64,000 nucleotides of DNA, from positions 5,734,077 to 5,798,076 of the forward strand of contig OZ246979.1 of assembly GCA_965232545.1 (NCBI GenBank), in the 5' to 3' direction. The notes beneath the pieces are model-generated. The model worked only from the letters and a program-made list of their open reading frames with translations, was not told where the DNA came from and ran no database searches. The DNA comes from Candidatus Poribacteria bacterium (lineage in GTDB: Bacteria > Poribacteria > WGA-4E > WGA-3G). The number at the start of each line of letters is the position of its first letter. Position 1 is the stretch's first letter. The position numbers and the translations under genes were made by a program. This document shows positions 21,603 through 29,909 of the stretch, one piece after another.

Positions 21603-21644
21603 CAGGCGAATTATGTTTTTATCTCTGAAAGGCAAAGGAGGTTC

Positions 21645-21896
21645 ATGATGCGAAAAGTTGATTTGCAACAGCAGGCAGTTAGGTTAATCAGGCAGCTCTC
21701 TACCGAAAAACTCAAATCTGCTGTTGATTATCTCGTTTATCTTCAAGATGCAGAGACGCAAAGTGTCTCTTCTGATCACGAAATTCCATCACAAAATCTG
21801 GGAACGGCGATCCACGAAATGTTCAAACCTTTTGGCGGAGTGGAACTTGAGATACCCCCACGGGAACCGGCGCGAGAACCGCCTCGCTTTGACTAA
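21645..21896 (+). CDS. Putative antitoxin (VapB-like partner of the PIN toxin)
   Basis: 83 aa, 9 nt upstream of the PIN gene. Shares the motif LSTEKL..V.DYL with the 28454 ORF. Confidence 0.5.
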   Translation: MMRKVDLQQQAVRLIRQLSTEKLKSAVDYLVYLQDAETQSVSSDHEIPSQNLGTAIHEMFKPFGGVELEIPPREPAREPPRFD

Positions 21897-21905
21897 ATAC
21901 CAACC

Positions 21906-22328
21906 ATGATTGTTCTTGACACTAATGTCATCTCGGAACTCATGCGGGACAGTCCAGAACAGGCAGTTCTGGCTTGGTTTGGTACCCAGCCTGCCAGCAG
22001 CTTGTTCGTGACAACTGTCACCGAAGCGGAAATTTTGAGTGGTATAGCACTCTTACCTTATGGAAGGCGACGGCGCGGACTCTCGGAGGCTGCTGCTCGT
22101 GTATTTACTACGTTGTTCGCTGGACGCATCCTTGTTTTTGATAGTGATGCAGCGAACATTTACGCCGAGATTTTTGCTCAACGGCACGCAGCCGGTAGAC
22201 CGATAAGCCAAGCTGATTGTCAGATCGCCGCAATTGCTCGCTCCCGGGGGGCATCCCTCGCAACTCGAAATGTTACGGATTTTGAAGGGATTGAAGTTGA
22301 ACTTATCAATCCTTGGACACATCTCTAA
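21906..22328 (+). CDS. vapC: PIN-domain toxin VapC
   Basis: MIVLDTNVISEL N-terminus with the conserved Asp. 140 aa PIN fold. Confidence 0.75.
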   Translation: MIVLDTNVISELMRDSPEQAVLAWFGTQPASSLFVTTVTEAEILSGIALLPYGRRRRGLSEAAARVFTTLFAGRILVFDSDAANIYAEIFAQRHAAGRPISQADCQIAAIARSRGASLATRNVTDFEGIEVELINPWTHL

Positions 22329-22382
22329 TTGGTTCCTACAGCAAGGTACTGTCGTATTAATCGCTAAAGAGTCTAATAGACT

Positions 22383-23873
22383 ATGGAAAAACCAAACAAA
22401 ACGCTCTGGGGTGGACGTTTCAGCACGAGTCTCACCACAGGGACGATAGCCTTCACGCATTCCATTGAAGCCGATACCCGACTCATTGGATACGATATTT
22501 GGGGAAGCCAAGCGCATGCAATTATGCTCGCTCGGCAAGAAATTATCTCCGATGCCGACCTGCGCGAGATTTTGCGATGGCTCCAGAAAGCAGAAGCGGA
22601 TTTTCAGAACGGCGATTTTACCCTCGATCCGAATAAAGAGGACGTACACATGAACGTCGAATCGTATCTGATTGAGAACGCCGGACGCGAATTTGGTGGT
22701 AGACTCCACACCGCTCGTTCTCGCAACGATCAGGTCCTCGTAGACGCACACCTCTACATTCGGGATGAGATCCTCAATGTCCAGCGCGGTCTCTCCGAAC
22801 TCTGTGAAGCGTTCCTACATATCGCCAAAGAACATGCCGACACCGTCATGCCCGGCTACACACATACCCAACACGCGCAGCCCATTAGCCTCGGTTTCTG
22901 GGCGACGGCTTATGTCAGTATGTTCCTGCGGGATCAGAAGCGTCTGCAAGCTGCATATCGACTCGCCAATACGAACCCGCTCGGCGCGTGTGCCTTGGCT
23001 GGCACGACATTCCCAATTGATCGACACCTAACGACGAAACTGCTCGGTTTTGATGCACCACACGAACACGCTCTCGATGTCATCAGCAGTCGAGATTTCA
23101 TCGCTGAGACACTCTTTGCGGTGTCGCTTGTGATGGCAAACCTCTCGCGAATCAGCGAAGAAATTGTCTATTGGACGACCTACGAATTTGGGATGGCAGT
23201 GCTTGACGATGCCTATAGTTTCGGAAGCTCCATCATGCCACAGAAGAAGAACCCCGATATTGCGGAACTCACACGGGGTCGCACAGGGCGCGTCTATGGC
23301 GCATTGCTCGACCTCTTGACGAATCTCAAGGGCTTACCGATGGGCTACAATCGCGATTTTCAGGAGGATAAACCCCCGCTCTGGGAGGCGTTTGATGTTG
23401 TGAAAGCGTGCCTCGGTCTGCTACCCGAACTCCTCAGAACAACGGATTTCAAAACGGAACGCATGGCTGAATTGGCGAATGCGAACTTCGCAACGGCGAC
23501 GGAGTTAGCAAATTATCTCGTTAAAGAACATCAAATCAGTTTTCGGGAGTGCCACGAGATTGTCGGATGGCTCGTCGGCGAACTCGTGAAACAGGAAAAA
23601 ACGTTCGCCGATTGGGAACTCACACAAGAACTCTTGAAACGGCGAGAGATTGACATCCCTATTGAGCAACTCAAACGGATACTGGACGCGGAATCGGCAA
23701 TTCAGAATAACCAGAGCCTCGGCGGCACATCGCCGGCAGAAGTGCGTCGGATGATAGACGACTTTCAGGGACGACTTAATGAGATTGCGTCACATATTGA
23801 TGCTTGCCGGACCCAGATTGAGTCCGCACACCAAGAAACCCAGCGTATAGTTGATGATGTTTTGAGCAAATGA
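22383..23873 (+). CDS. argH: Argininosuccinate lyase
   Basis: Fumarate-lyase signature GSSIMPQKKNPD. Full-length ArgH similarity. Confidence 0.9.
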   Translation: MEKPNKTLWGGRFSTSLTTGTIAFTHSIEADTRLIGYDIWGSQAHAIMLARQEIISDADLREILRWLQKAEADFQNGDFTLDPNKEDVHMNVESYLIENAGREFGGRLHTARSRNDQVLVDAHLYIRDEILNVQRGLSELCEAFLHIAKEHADTVMPGYTHTQHAQPISLGFWATAYVSMFLRDQKRLQAAYRLANTNPLGACALAGTTFPIDRHLTTKLLGFDAPHEHALDVISSRDFIAETLFAVSLVMANLSRISEEIVYWTTYEFGMAVLDDAYSFGSSIMPQKKNPDIAELTRGRTGRVYGALLDLLTNLKGLPMGYNRDFQEDKPPLWEAFDVVKACLGLLPELLRTTDFKTERMAELANANFATATELANYLVKEHQISFRECHEIVGWLVGELVKQEKTFADWELTQELLKRREIDIPIEQLKRILDAESAIQNNQSLGGTSPAEVRRMIDDFQGRLNEIASHIDACRTQIESAHQETQRIVDDVLSK

Positions 23874-23910
23874 GTTAACGCGTTGTAATTCTATCTCAAA
23901 GGAGATTGCT

Positions 23911-24666
23911 GTGACACAAAATATGGCAAATTTGCCGCTTACAGACATGACACATGGGCAATTTCGGGACTGGATCCGTCGCATTGTGCAACACTCACTA
24001 TTTGCGGATCGTGAGCGACTCCTTGCATTGCTTGCGACAAAGGCTGATAGGGAAACACTGGCAGAGGCGTTCCGTGAATTTTTTGAAGATTACTACTATG
24101 ATGTGGCGTTTGAATTGGATCGTCATGAGGCATGCCTACTTTCAATTTTTAATTCTTGTGATACTTATCCCGCTTTGAGATGTCGTGTTGCAATTGTTGA
24201 AGGCAAGCGAAAGGCATCGCCTATGGGACGTGAAGTTCGGCGGACGGGTTCGTTCCTCCCGAGTGACCCGGTACCAGAGATAAAAGTGTCTGCTTTATCG
24301 AATCGTGCCTTTCAATCGTTTCTTCACACGCTGGTGAACTGTGAATTTTTTGCAGCGCGTGATAGAATAGTTAGGTTAATGAGTCGAGAGTCGACTGCTG
24401 CTTCAAAATTGTCTGCACATGAGAGAGCGGATACTGAGGATAGGCATTTATGGGAGACGGTTTACGAGTTTTTCGTGTGCCATTTGGAATTGGAACAGTT
24501 TCTTGAAGATTATGAATACGATCCGGACGAAGGATTAGAGGTGCATCCAGAAGTTGCTGAAGAGTTGGAACAAAGCATCGCGGATCATAAATCTGAGGGA
24601 GTTAAAGGCAGACCCCTCCAGGAGGTGGCAAAAGAGTTTGGGGTCACGCTGAAATGTACACATTGA
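23911..24666 (+). CDS. Hypothetical protein (251 aa) translationally coupled to a RelE/ParE toxin; possible atypical large antitoxin
   Basis: Its TGA stop overlaps the ATG of the toxin gene (TGATG), followed by a TGA TGA TAA run. No recognisable domain. C-terminus is RPLQEVAKEFGVTLKCTH. Confidence 0.4.
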   Translation: MTQNMANLPLTDMTHGQFRDWIRRIVQHSLFADRERLLALLATKADRETLAEAFREFFEDYYYDVAFELDRHEACLLSIFNSCDTYPALRCRVAIVEGKRKASPMGREVRRTGSFLPSDPVPEIKVSALSNRAFQSFLHTLVNCEFFAARDRIVRLMSRESTAASKLSAHERADTEDRHLWETVYEFFVCHLELEQFLEDYEYDPDEGLEVHPEVAEELEQSIADHKSEGVKGRPLQEVAKEFGVTLKCTH

Positions 24667-24911
24667 TGATAAAATCCCGCGCCGAATCGGATTTGCGCCG
24701 TTTGAGCCCCACGATTTACTCGCTAATATTCAGCAAACTGGAGCGATTGTGCCAGATTTGCGATGACTACCCGCATAAGGCATTGAAAGGTGAGTATAGA
24801 GGGAAGTTCAGTTTATCAGTTGCTAAAGACTATCGAATTCTCTATACCTTCGATAGGCGTTTCCGAGAGATCGTTGTTCACCGAGTTGGGCACCGTAGCA
24901 AGGTCTATTAG
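24666..24911 (+). CDS. Type II toxin RelE/ParE family
   Basis: MIKSRAESDLRRL...YRILYTFDRRFREIVVHRVGHR, the classic RelE/ParE C-terminal motif. Confidence 0.75.
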   Translation: MIKSRAESDLRRLSPTIYSLIFSKLERLCQICDDYPHKALKGEYRGKFSLSVAKDYRILYTFDRRFREIVVHRVGHRSKVY

Positions 24912-25004
24912 ACGTGTATAAAAGTCCAGTGTCCGTATACTTAGAAAAAACATAAGGAGATATGCAGTGGGTAAATCACAATCTGTCCTAAAGGAGATGA
25001 AAAG

Positions 25005-25718
25005 TTGGAAAGCAGACTAATCGTTGCATTGGATACCGACGATGGTGAGGAGATTGACTGGCTATCGGGAACGCTTATGGATACAGTCGCTTGGTTTAAA
25101 ATCGGCTTTCAGGCGTTCAGTGCTCTTGGAATGGAGGCTTTTCCATGGTTTGAACAAAACAGACATAAAGTCTTTGTTGACCTGAAGTTCCACGACATCC
25201 CCAACACAGTCGCACGCGATGTCGGTATGATGACGAAACATGGCGCAAATATGATTAACATGCACGCCTCTGGTGGACTTATAATGATGAAGACGGCAAG
25301 AGCAAGGGCAGACGAAGTATCTGCCGAACGCGATATTCCGCCGCCAATACTACTCGGCGTGACCATTCTGACAAGCATTGAAGAAACTAACTTTCGGTTA
25401 AGTTTTGCCTCAGCACGGACGCTTTCGGAACAGGTTGTCTATCTCGCACAGTTGGCGCAGGAAGCCGGACTGGACGGCGTTGTCGCATCACCGTTAGAAA
25501 TCGAGCCGATACGAAAAGCGTGTGGCGACAATTTTGTAATCGTCACGCCGGGCATTCGACCGAAATGGGCAGAAACTGGCGATCAGCGGCGTATCACCAC
25601 GCCAGCGGAGGCGATTCAACGAGGCGCGGATTATATTGTTGTTGGCAGACCTATTATTGAGGCAGAGGATCCGTTGGCAGCCGCCGAAACGATCCTTGAG
25701 GAGATGAAAGGGGCATAA
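25005..25718 (+). CDS. pyrF: Orotidine 5'-phosphate decarboxylase
   Basis: Motifs FVDLKFHDIPNTV and VVGRPI. Confidence 0.85.
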   Translation: MESRLIVALDTDDGEEIDWLSGTLMDTVAWFKIGFQAFSALGMEAFPWFEQNRHKVFVDLKFHDIPNTVARDVGMMTKHGANMINMHASGGLIMMKTARARADEVSAERDIPPPILLGVTILTSIEETNFRLSFASARTLSEQVVYLAQLAQEAGLDGVVASPLEIEPIRKACGDNFVIVTPGIRPKWAETGDQRRITTPAEAIQRGADYIVVGRPIIEAEDPLAAAETILEEMKGA

Positions 25719-25722
25719 GACT

Positions 25723-27159
25723 ATGAACATTGTCTGTATCTGTTTAGACACGTTTCGTGCGGACATCATCGGTGAAGGCAAGAAGTATAGCCACGTACAA
25801 ACACCGAACCTCGATGCCTTGGCATCGGAGTCCGTCCGTTTCACACGCGCCTTTGGTGAAGGACAACCGACGCTTCAGATCCGTCGCGGCAATTTTACCG
25901 GGATGCGGAGTTTTCCGTGGAAGTATAATTTTGACCGACGCGGACATTGGCACCATGCCCCAGGTTGGCATAAGATTCCACCCGAACAGGATACAATCGC
26001 TGAAGTCTTGCTTGAACGCGGGTATCTCACTGCTCTGATTGCGGATACGTATCACATGTTCAAGCCGACGATGAATTTCTCGCGCGGGTTCGCACATTTC
26101 GATTTCATTCGCGGACAGGAATCGGATAACTGGCACAGTGGGGATCCGAGGTTGGTTGAAGACCAACTCCGAAAACACGTCCGTGAACCGCTCAACTGGC
26201 AACGGCATGCTGGACTCGTCAACTACCTCTTGTCGCAACGGCACCGCCAATCGGAGGATGACTATAGTTGCGCACGTGTCTTCCGCGCCGCCGCGGATTG
26301 GCTCCAAGACAATCACACCGTCGGTCCGTTTTTCTTATGGGTCGATAGTTTCGACCCACATGAGCCGTGGGATCCACCGAAGTCCTATGCTGATCTCTAT
26401 TTCTCTGACTATTCGGGTAAGGATTTCATTACGCCGGGCAACGCAAACGAAGGCGATGGACCTACAGAAGATGAACTCCGTCGGATTGAGGCACTCTATC
26501 TCGGTGAAGTGACGTTTGTTGATAAATGGGTCGGCGTGCTACTTGACAAAATAGAGCAGTTAAACATCCGAGACGAGACGCTGATTGTTTTAATGTCCGA
26601 CCACGGCACACAACTCCGCGATCACGGAAGTTTCGGAAAGGGACCAAATAAGTTGCATCCGTTTAATACGCAACTGAACCTGATGATGCGGCACCCAGAC
26701 GGACCACATGATAAAGACATTTCGGCGTTTGTGCAGAATCACGATCTGATGCCCACACTCCTAAATATGCTTGACATTCCGTGCGGTTGGACCGATGGTG
26801 AGGATATGTGGCAGCTCGTTAAACAGGAAAAAGCACTCCTCCGCGAACGGATTATCACTGGTTGGGCAGGGTTTATCACGGGGAATGCGCGCGGCCGCGT
26901 CAGTGTCCGCGATAATCACTGGAACTTCTGCACTTCAGTCGGCTACAAAGCTGGGAACGGCGATGAACTCTTTGATGTCCGAAATGATCCCGAAGAAAAA
27001 GTGAACATTGCGAGTGACCATCCAGCGATTATCGCAGAACGACGACGGGACATCGAGGCATTGATCGGACAACCCTTACCCGGACATTTCATTGAGGTCT
27101 GCGATCCAGAGCAGGCACCCATGACGCGATGGCTTGAAAAGAAATTGGCGGAGATGTAG
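25723..27159 (+). CDS. Sulfatase-like hydrolase (alkaline-phosphatase superfamily); no canonical C/S-x-P-x-R formylglycine motif
   Basis: CICLDTFRAD, SDHG and sulfatase-fold blocks. The expected CxPxR position reads GEGQPTLQIRRGNFTG. Confidence 0.6.
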   Translation: MNIVCICLDTFRADIIGEGKKYSHVQTPNLDALASESVRFTRAFGEGQPTLQIRRGNFTGMRSFPWKYNFDRRGHWHHAPGWHKIPPEQDTIAEVLLERGYLTALIADTYHMFKPTMNFSRGFAHFDFIRGQESDNWHSGDPRLVEDQLRKHVREPLNWQRHAGLVNYLLSQRHRQSEDDYSCARVFRAAADWLQDNHTVGPFFLWVDSFDPHEPWDPPKSYADLYFSDYSGKDFITPGNANEGDGPTEDELRRIEALYLGEVTFVDKWVGVLLDKIEQLNIRDETLIVLMSDHGTQLRDHGSFGKGPNKLHPFNTQLNLMMRHPDGPHDKDISAFVQNHDLMPTLLNMLDIPCGWTDGEDMWQLVKQEKALLRERIITGWAGFITGNARGRVSVRDNHWNFCTSVGYKAGNGDELFDVRNDPEEKVNIASDHPAIIAERRRDIEALIGQPLPGHFIEVCDPEQAPMTRWLEKKLAEM

Positions 27160-27168
27160 GAAGCAACA

Positions 27169-27263
27169 ACCTCGCCTCTTTCGTCCCCGCTGGCGAGGTG
27201 TTTTTGATAGGGTGTTTCTCTCGCCTCTTTAGAGCGTCCAAATAATTCTAATATCTACCATAG
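27169..27263 (+). repeat. REP/terminator-like hairpin element, expanded copy with a 21-nt box inserted in the loop
   Basis: GGCGAGG-TGTTTTTGATAGGGTGTTTCT-CTCGCC, then CTCTTTAGAGCGTCCAAATAATTCTAATATCTACCATAG. Confidence 0.65.
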
Positions 27264-27284
27264 TTGTCGGTGAGAGCCTCTTTA

Positions 27285-27433
27285 CTGATGGCTGAAAGCC
27301 GACTGCTGACCACTATTTGAGTACTTCCGAATCCCAAAGAAAGATTGTACCGTCGTCGCTACCGCTTGCGAGTGTGTTCCCATCTGGAGAGAACATCAAC
27401 ACACGAACAGCCGCTGATAACTGACTGCTATTC
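27285..27433 (+). repeat. Split heptamer array flanking a 93-bp relic of a WD40-repeat gene
   Basis: Heptamers at 27285-27321 and 27410-27433. The minus strand of 27320-27412 translates to AVRVLMFSPDGNTLASGSDDGTIFLWDSEVL with no stop. Confidence 0.55.
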
Positions 27434-27564
27434 GTATAAAAAAACTTGATTTCAATTTTCGTTTTGAGTATAATGTGTCAAAAAGGTCATCAAATTTTTA
27501 TTATTTTCTTTTTGACGTAATTTGCAAGTCGAAACCTATCATCGAAAATTTGAAGGGAAATATT

Positions 27565-28341
27565 ATGGGAAGAAGAAGACGCTCCAGAGCGCAATATTGT
27601 AAAGGTGAATTGATTGAACGCGAAGACTTTTCTGAAGATTTAGCCGCGTTCAAATTCCGTGTTGATAAGCAGTTGCCATTCATACCTGGGCAATACGCTA
27701 CGATCGGTTTTCAGGTGGGTGAAAAGATTGTCCAGCGTCCGTATTCGATCGTCTCCTCACCACACGAACCGTTTATGGAGGTTTTCGTGGAATTGGTGCC
27801 GGAGGGTGCGACGACTCCCCTGTTTTGGGAACTGAAATTGGGGGACAGCGTGTTTATTCGGGACCGTCTCGTTGGAAAGTTTGTCTTGGACACGGAAAGC
27901 GGGATGACACGCCACGTCATGGCAGGAACTGTCACAGGTGCGGCACCGTATATTAGCATTGCGCGGACGCAAAAAATTGAGCAGGAACAGGGCAAAGCGA
28001 GTCCACATCAGATATTGGCGATCGTCGGTGCGAGCCTTTCATGGGAACTTGGATATTACGCCGATGAACTCAACGAACTCGCGACACAAGAAGAGTGGTT
28101 CACGTTTGTCCAGACGGTAAGTCGTCCATGGGAGGACCCAGCGTGGCAAGGTGAGAGTGGACGTGCCGAAGATGTGATTCGGAAGTATGGCGATCAACTC
28201 GGTTATGATCACACGAATGCGGTCGTCTATGCGTGTGGACATCCACAGATGATCGAGAATGCCAAAGCGATCTGGGCGCGTGCGCGTTTCCCTGAAGAAC
28301 GGATTAAAGAGGAAAAATTCTTCGTGATTAAAGAAGAGTAG
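27565..28341 (+). CDS. Ferredoxin-NADP+ reductase (plant-type FNR/FPR family)
   Basis: RPYSI FAD-binding motif and GTGAAP NADP motif. Start MGRRRRS at 27565 has GAAGGGA 6 nt upstream. Confidence 0.75.
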   Translation: MGRRRRSRAQYCKGELIEREDFSEDLAAFKFRVDKQLPFIPGQYATIGFQVGEKIVQRPYSIVSSPHEPFMEVFVELVPEGATTPLFWELKLGDSVFIRDRLVGKFVLDTESGMTRHVMAGTVTGAAPYISIARTQKIEQEQGKASPHQILAIVGASLSWELGYYADELNELATQEEWFTFVQTVSRPWEDPAWQGESGRAEDVIRKYGDQLGYDHTNAVVYACGHPQMIENAKAIWARARFPEERIKEEKFFVIKEE

Positions 28342-28453
28342 ACAGGAATCTACACAAATCCGCGTCTAATAGCGGCGGCAGATCAAATAGGAACCCGCGA
28401 AAAATGTGGTAACGGAAACCTTAGTTGTCGTGGGTATATCACTTTGGAGCATC

Positions 28454-28732
28454 ATGAAGAACGTTGAACTTAAACAACAAGCGATTGCTTATATTGAGCG
28501 ACTTTCGACTGAAAAGCTTGAAGTCGTTCTTGACTACCTCGCTGCTCTTGAGAGTTCTGATCTTTGGGCGACTGAAGCGGAGTCGGAAGCACTAAAAAGT
28601 TCGGATAAGACGGAACCGCTCCTTGCATTGGCAGGGACGTTGGAATGTGACGAAGAAAATATCAGTGATCGCCACGATGAGTTGATCGGTGACGGGTTAC
28701 TGGCAGAATTATCGGGGCGTGTGCATGAATGA
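28454..28732 (+). CDS. Putative antitoxin (paralog of 21645-21896)
   Basis: MKNVELKQQAIAYIERLSTEKLEVVLDYL matches the 21645 protein's N-terminus. Stop overlaps the downstream PIN gene. Confidence 0.5.
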   Translation: MKNVELKQQAIAYIERLSTEKLEVVLDYLAALESSDLWATEAESEALKSSDKTEPLLALAGTLECDEENISDRHDELIGDGLLAELSGRVHE

Positions 28733-29138
28733 GGTCTTCGCCGATACCTCCGGATGGGCCTCTTTCCTTCGAGAGTAGGAACGCCATCATGTGAAGGCTG
28801 TTACCTTAATGACGCGGTGGGCAGCAGAAAATCGGCACGTTGTCACAACAAACTATGTGCTGGGTGAGCTCATCGCCCTCTGCGCGCGTTTGCGGATACC
28901 GCGTTCGAGAAGTGTTTCTTATATTCAGAGCATCCGCGCCGAGACTTGGGTCGAAATCGTACATATCGACGAGCGACTTGACGCACGAGCGTGGGAGTTA
29001 CTGGAAAACAGATTGGATAAGACGTGGAGCCTGGTTGACTGTGCAAGTTTTGTTGTCATGGAACACCGGGGCTTGACAGATGCGCTAACGACGGATCATC
29101 ACTTTGAACAAGCTGGCTTTGTCCGACTCCTTTCGTGA
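28725..29138 (+). pseudogene. VapC-like PIN toxin gene interrupted by an in-frame TAG at 28776-28778
   Basis: ATG at 28725 encodes MNEVFADTSGWASFLRE, a PIN N-terminus with the catalytic Asp. TAG follows, then the same frame continues ERHHVKAVTLMTR... to 29138. Confidence 0.55.
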
Positions 29139-29241
29139 TTTGAAAGACTTCTACTATTGTCTTAACCCAAGTTGTGACTTACAAAATTTTGGGTATGCAG
29201 TCCCTATTTTTAACGTAAGATGCTTTATTCTTCACAGTGCT

Positions 29242-29304
29242 TTGTAGCGTACCCTGTTCGTCTGTCCCATAATGGGAAACCCAATCTAACGGGTTATGCT
29301 ACAA
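29242..29304 (+). promoter_or_regulatory. Nested-hairpin element (13-bp outer stem TTGTAGCGTACCC/GGGTTATGCTACAA, inner CCCAT-A-ATGGG) in the DUF4351 gene leader
   Basis: Belongs to the TTGTAGCR...YGCTACAA inverted-repeat family also seen at 7309-7339 and 29807-29833. Confidence 0.4.
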
Positions 29305-29519
29305 GAGTGACAACTTGCGTTATTATCGTAAAATCCGAACAGCGATATGACGTTTCATATCCGCTTGCCGGATGGAGAAGCGATCCTCCATATGGAACGA
29401 CAACACAGCAAGCATCGGTAGATCAAGCGACACGGGGAACATTGTTATTTGCCCTCTCACTTTTCGGGAGTTTAGTACATCCACCAGAGCTTTTTCAAAA
29501 CCCTATATCGGAGGCAATC

Positions 29520-29774
29520 ATGCAAGAATCTCCTTTTTACCAACGCGTCATGCAACGCGGCATAGAACAAGGCATAGAACAAGGTATTGAACAAGGTATT
29601 GAACAAGGAGCAACACGCGCCACGCGCGAAGCTGTTCTCAAACTCCTGCGGCACCGATTTGGCGAAGTTCCCGAATCCATCACGAGCCAGATGACCGAAC
29701 TCCGCCATATTTCACAGTTAGAGGCGTTCTTTGAGAAGGTGATGAACGCAGAAACACTCGATGATATTCAATAG
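29520..29774 (+). CDS. DUF4351-like small protein (Rpn/YhgA-family C-terminal domain) with (IEQG)4 repeat
   Basis: MQESPFYQRVMQRGIEQGIEQGIEQGIEQG...LLRHRFGEVPE. GGAGG sits 8 nt upstream of the ATG at 29520. Four 12-bp DNA repeats at 29566-29616. The 100-codon upstream extension in the ORF track is rejected. Confidence 0.55.
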   Translation: MQESPFYQRVMQRGIEQGIEQGIEQGIEQGATRATREAVLKLLRHRFGEVPESITSQMTELRHISQLEAFFEKVMNAETLDDIQ

Positions 29775-29909
29775 TGAATCCTTTAGGACTTACGCGAGGC
29801 ACTCTTTTGTAGCATAACCTGTTAGGTTGTGCCACGAAACCATCCGCATTTCTTTCGAGCATCCCCATCTAACAATGCACGCTATGGTCAAAACTGCATA
29901 AGCCTTACG

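Noticed and set aside
22053-22751. 232-aa antisense ORF overlapping vapC and argH
   Set aside because: It overlaps two well-supported plus-strand genes entirely and has a low-complexity composition. Typical antisense shadow ORF. Likewise 11497-12204, 14928-15623, 25744-26316 and 54934-55905.
29220-29519. 100-codon N-terminal extension of the DUF4351 ORF
   Set aside because: It covers the nested-hairpin leader and has no homology. A GGAGG RBS precedes the internal ATG at 29520, where the recognisable domain begins.
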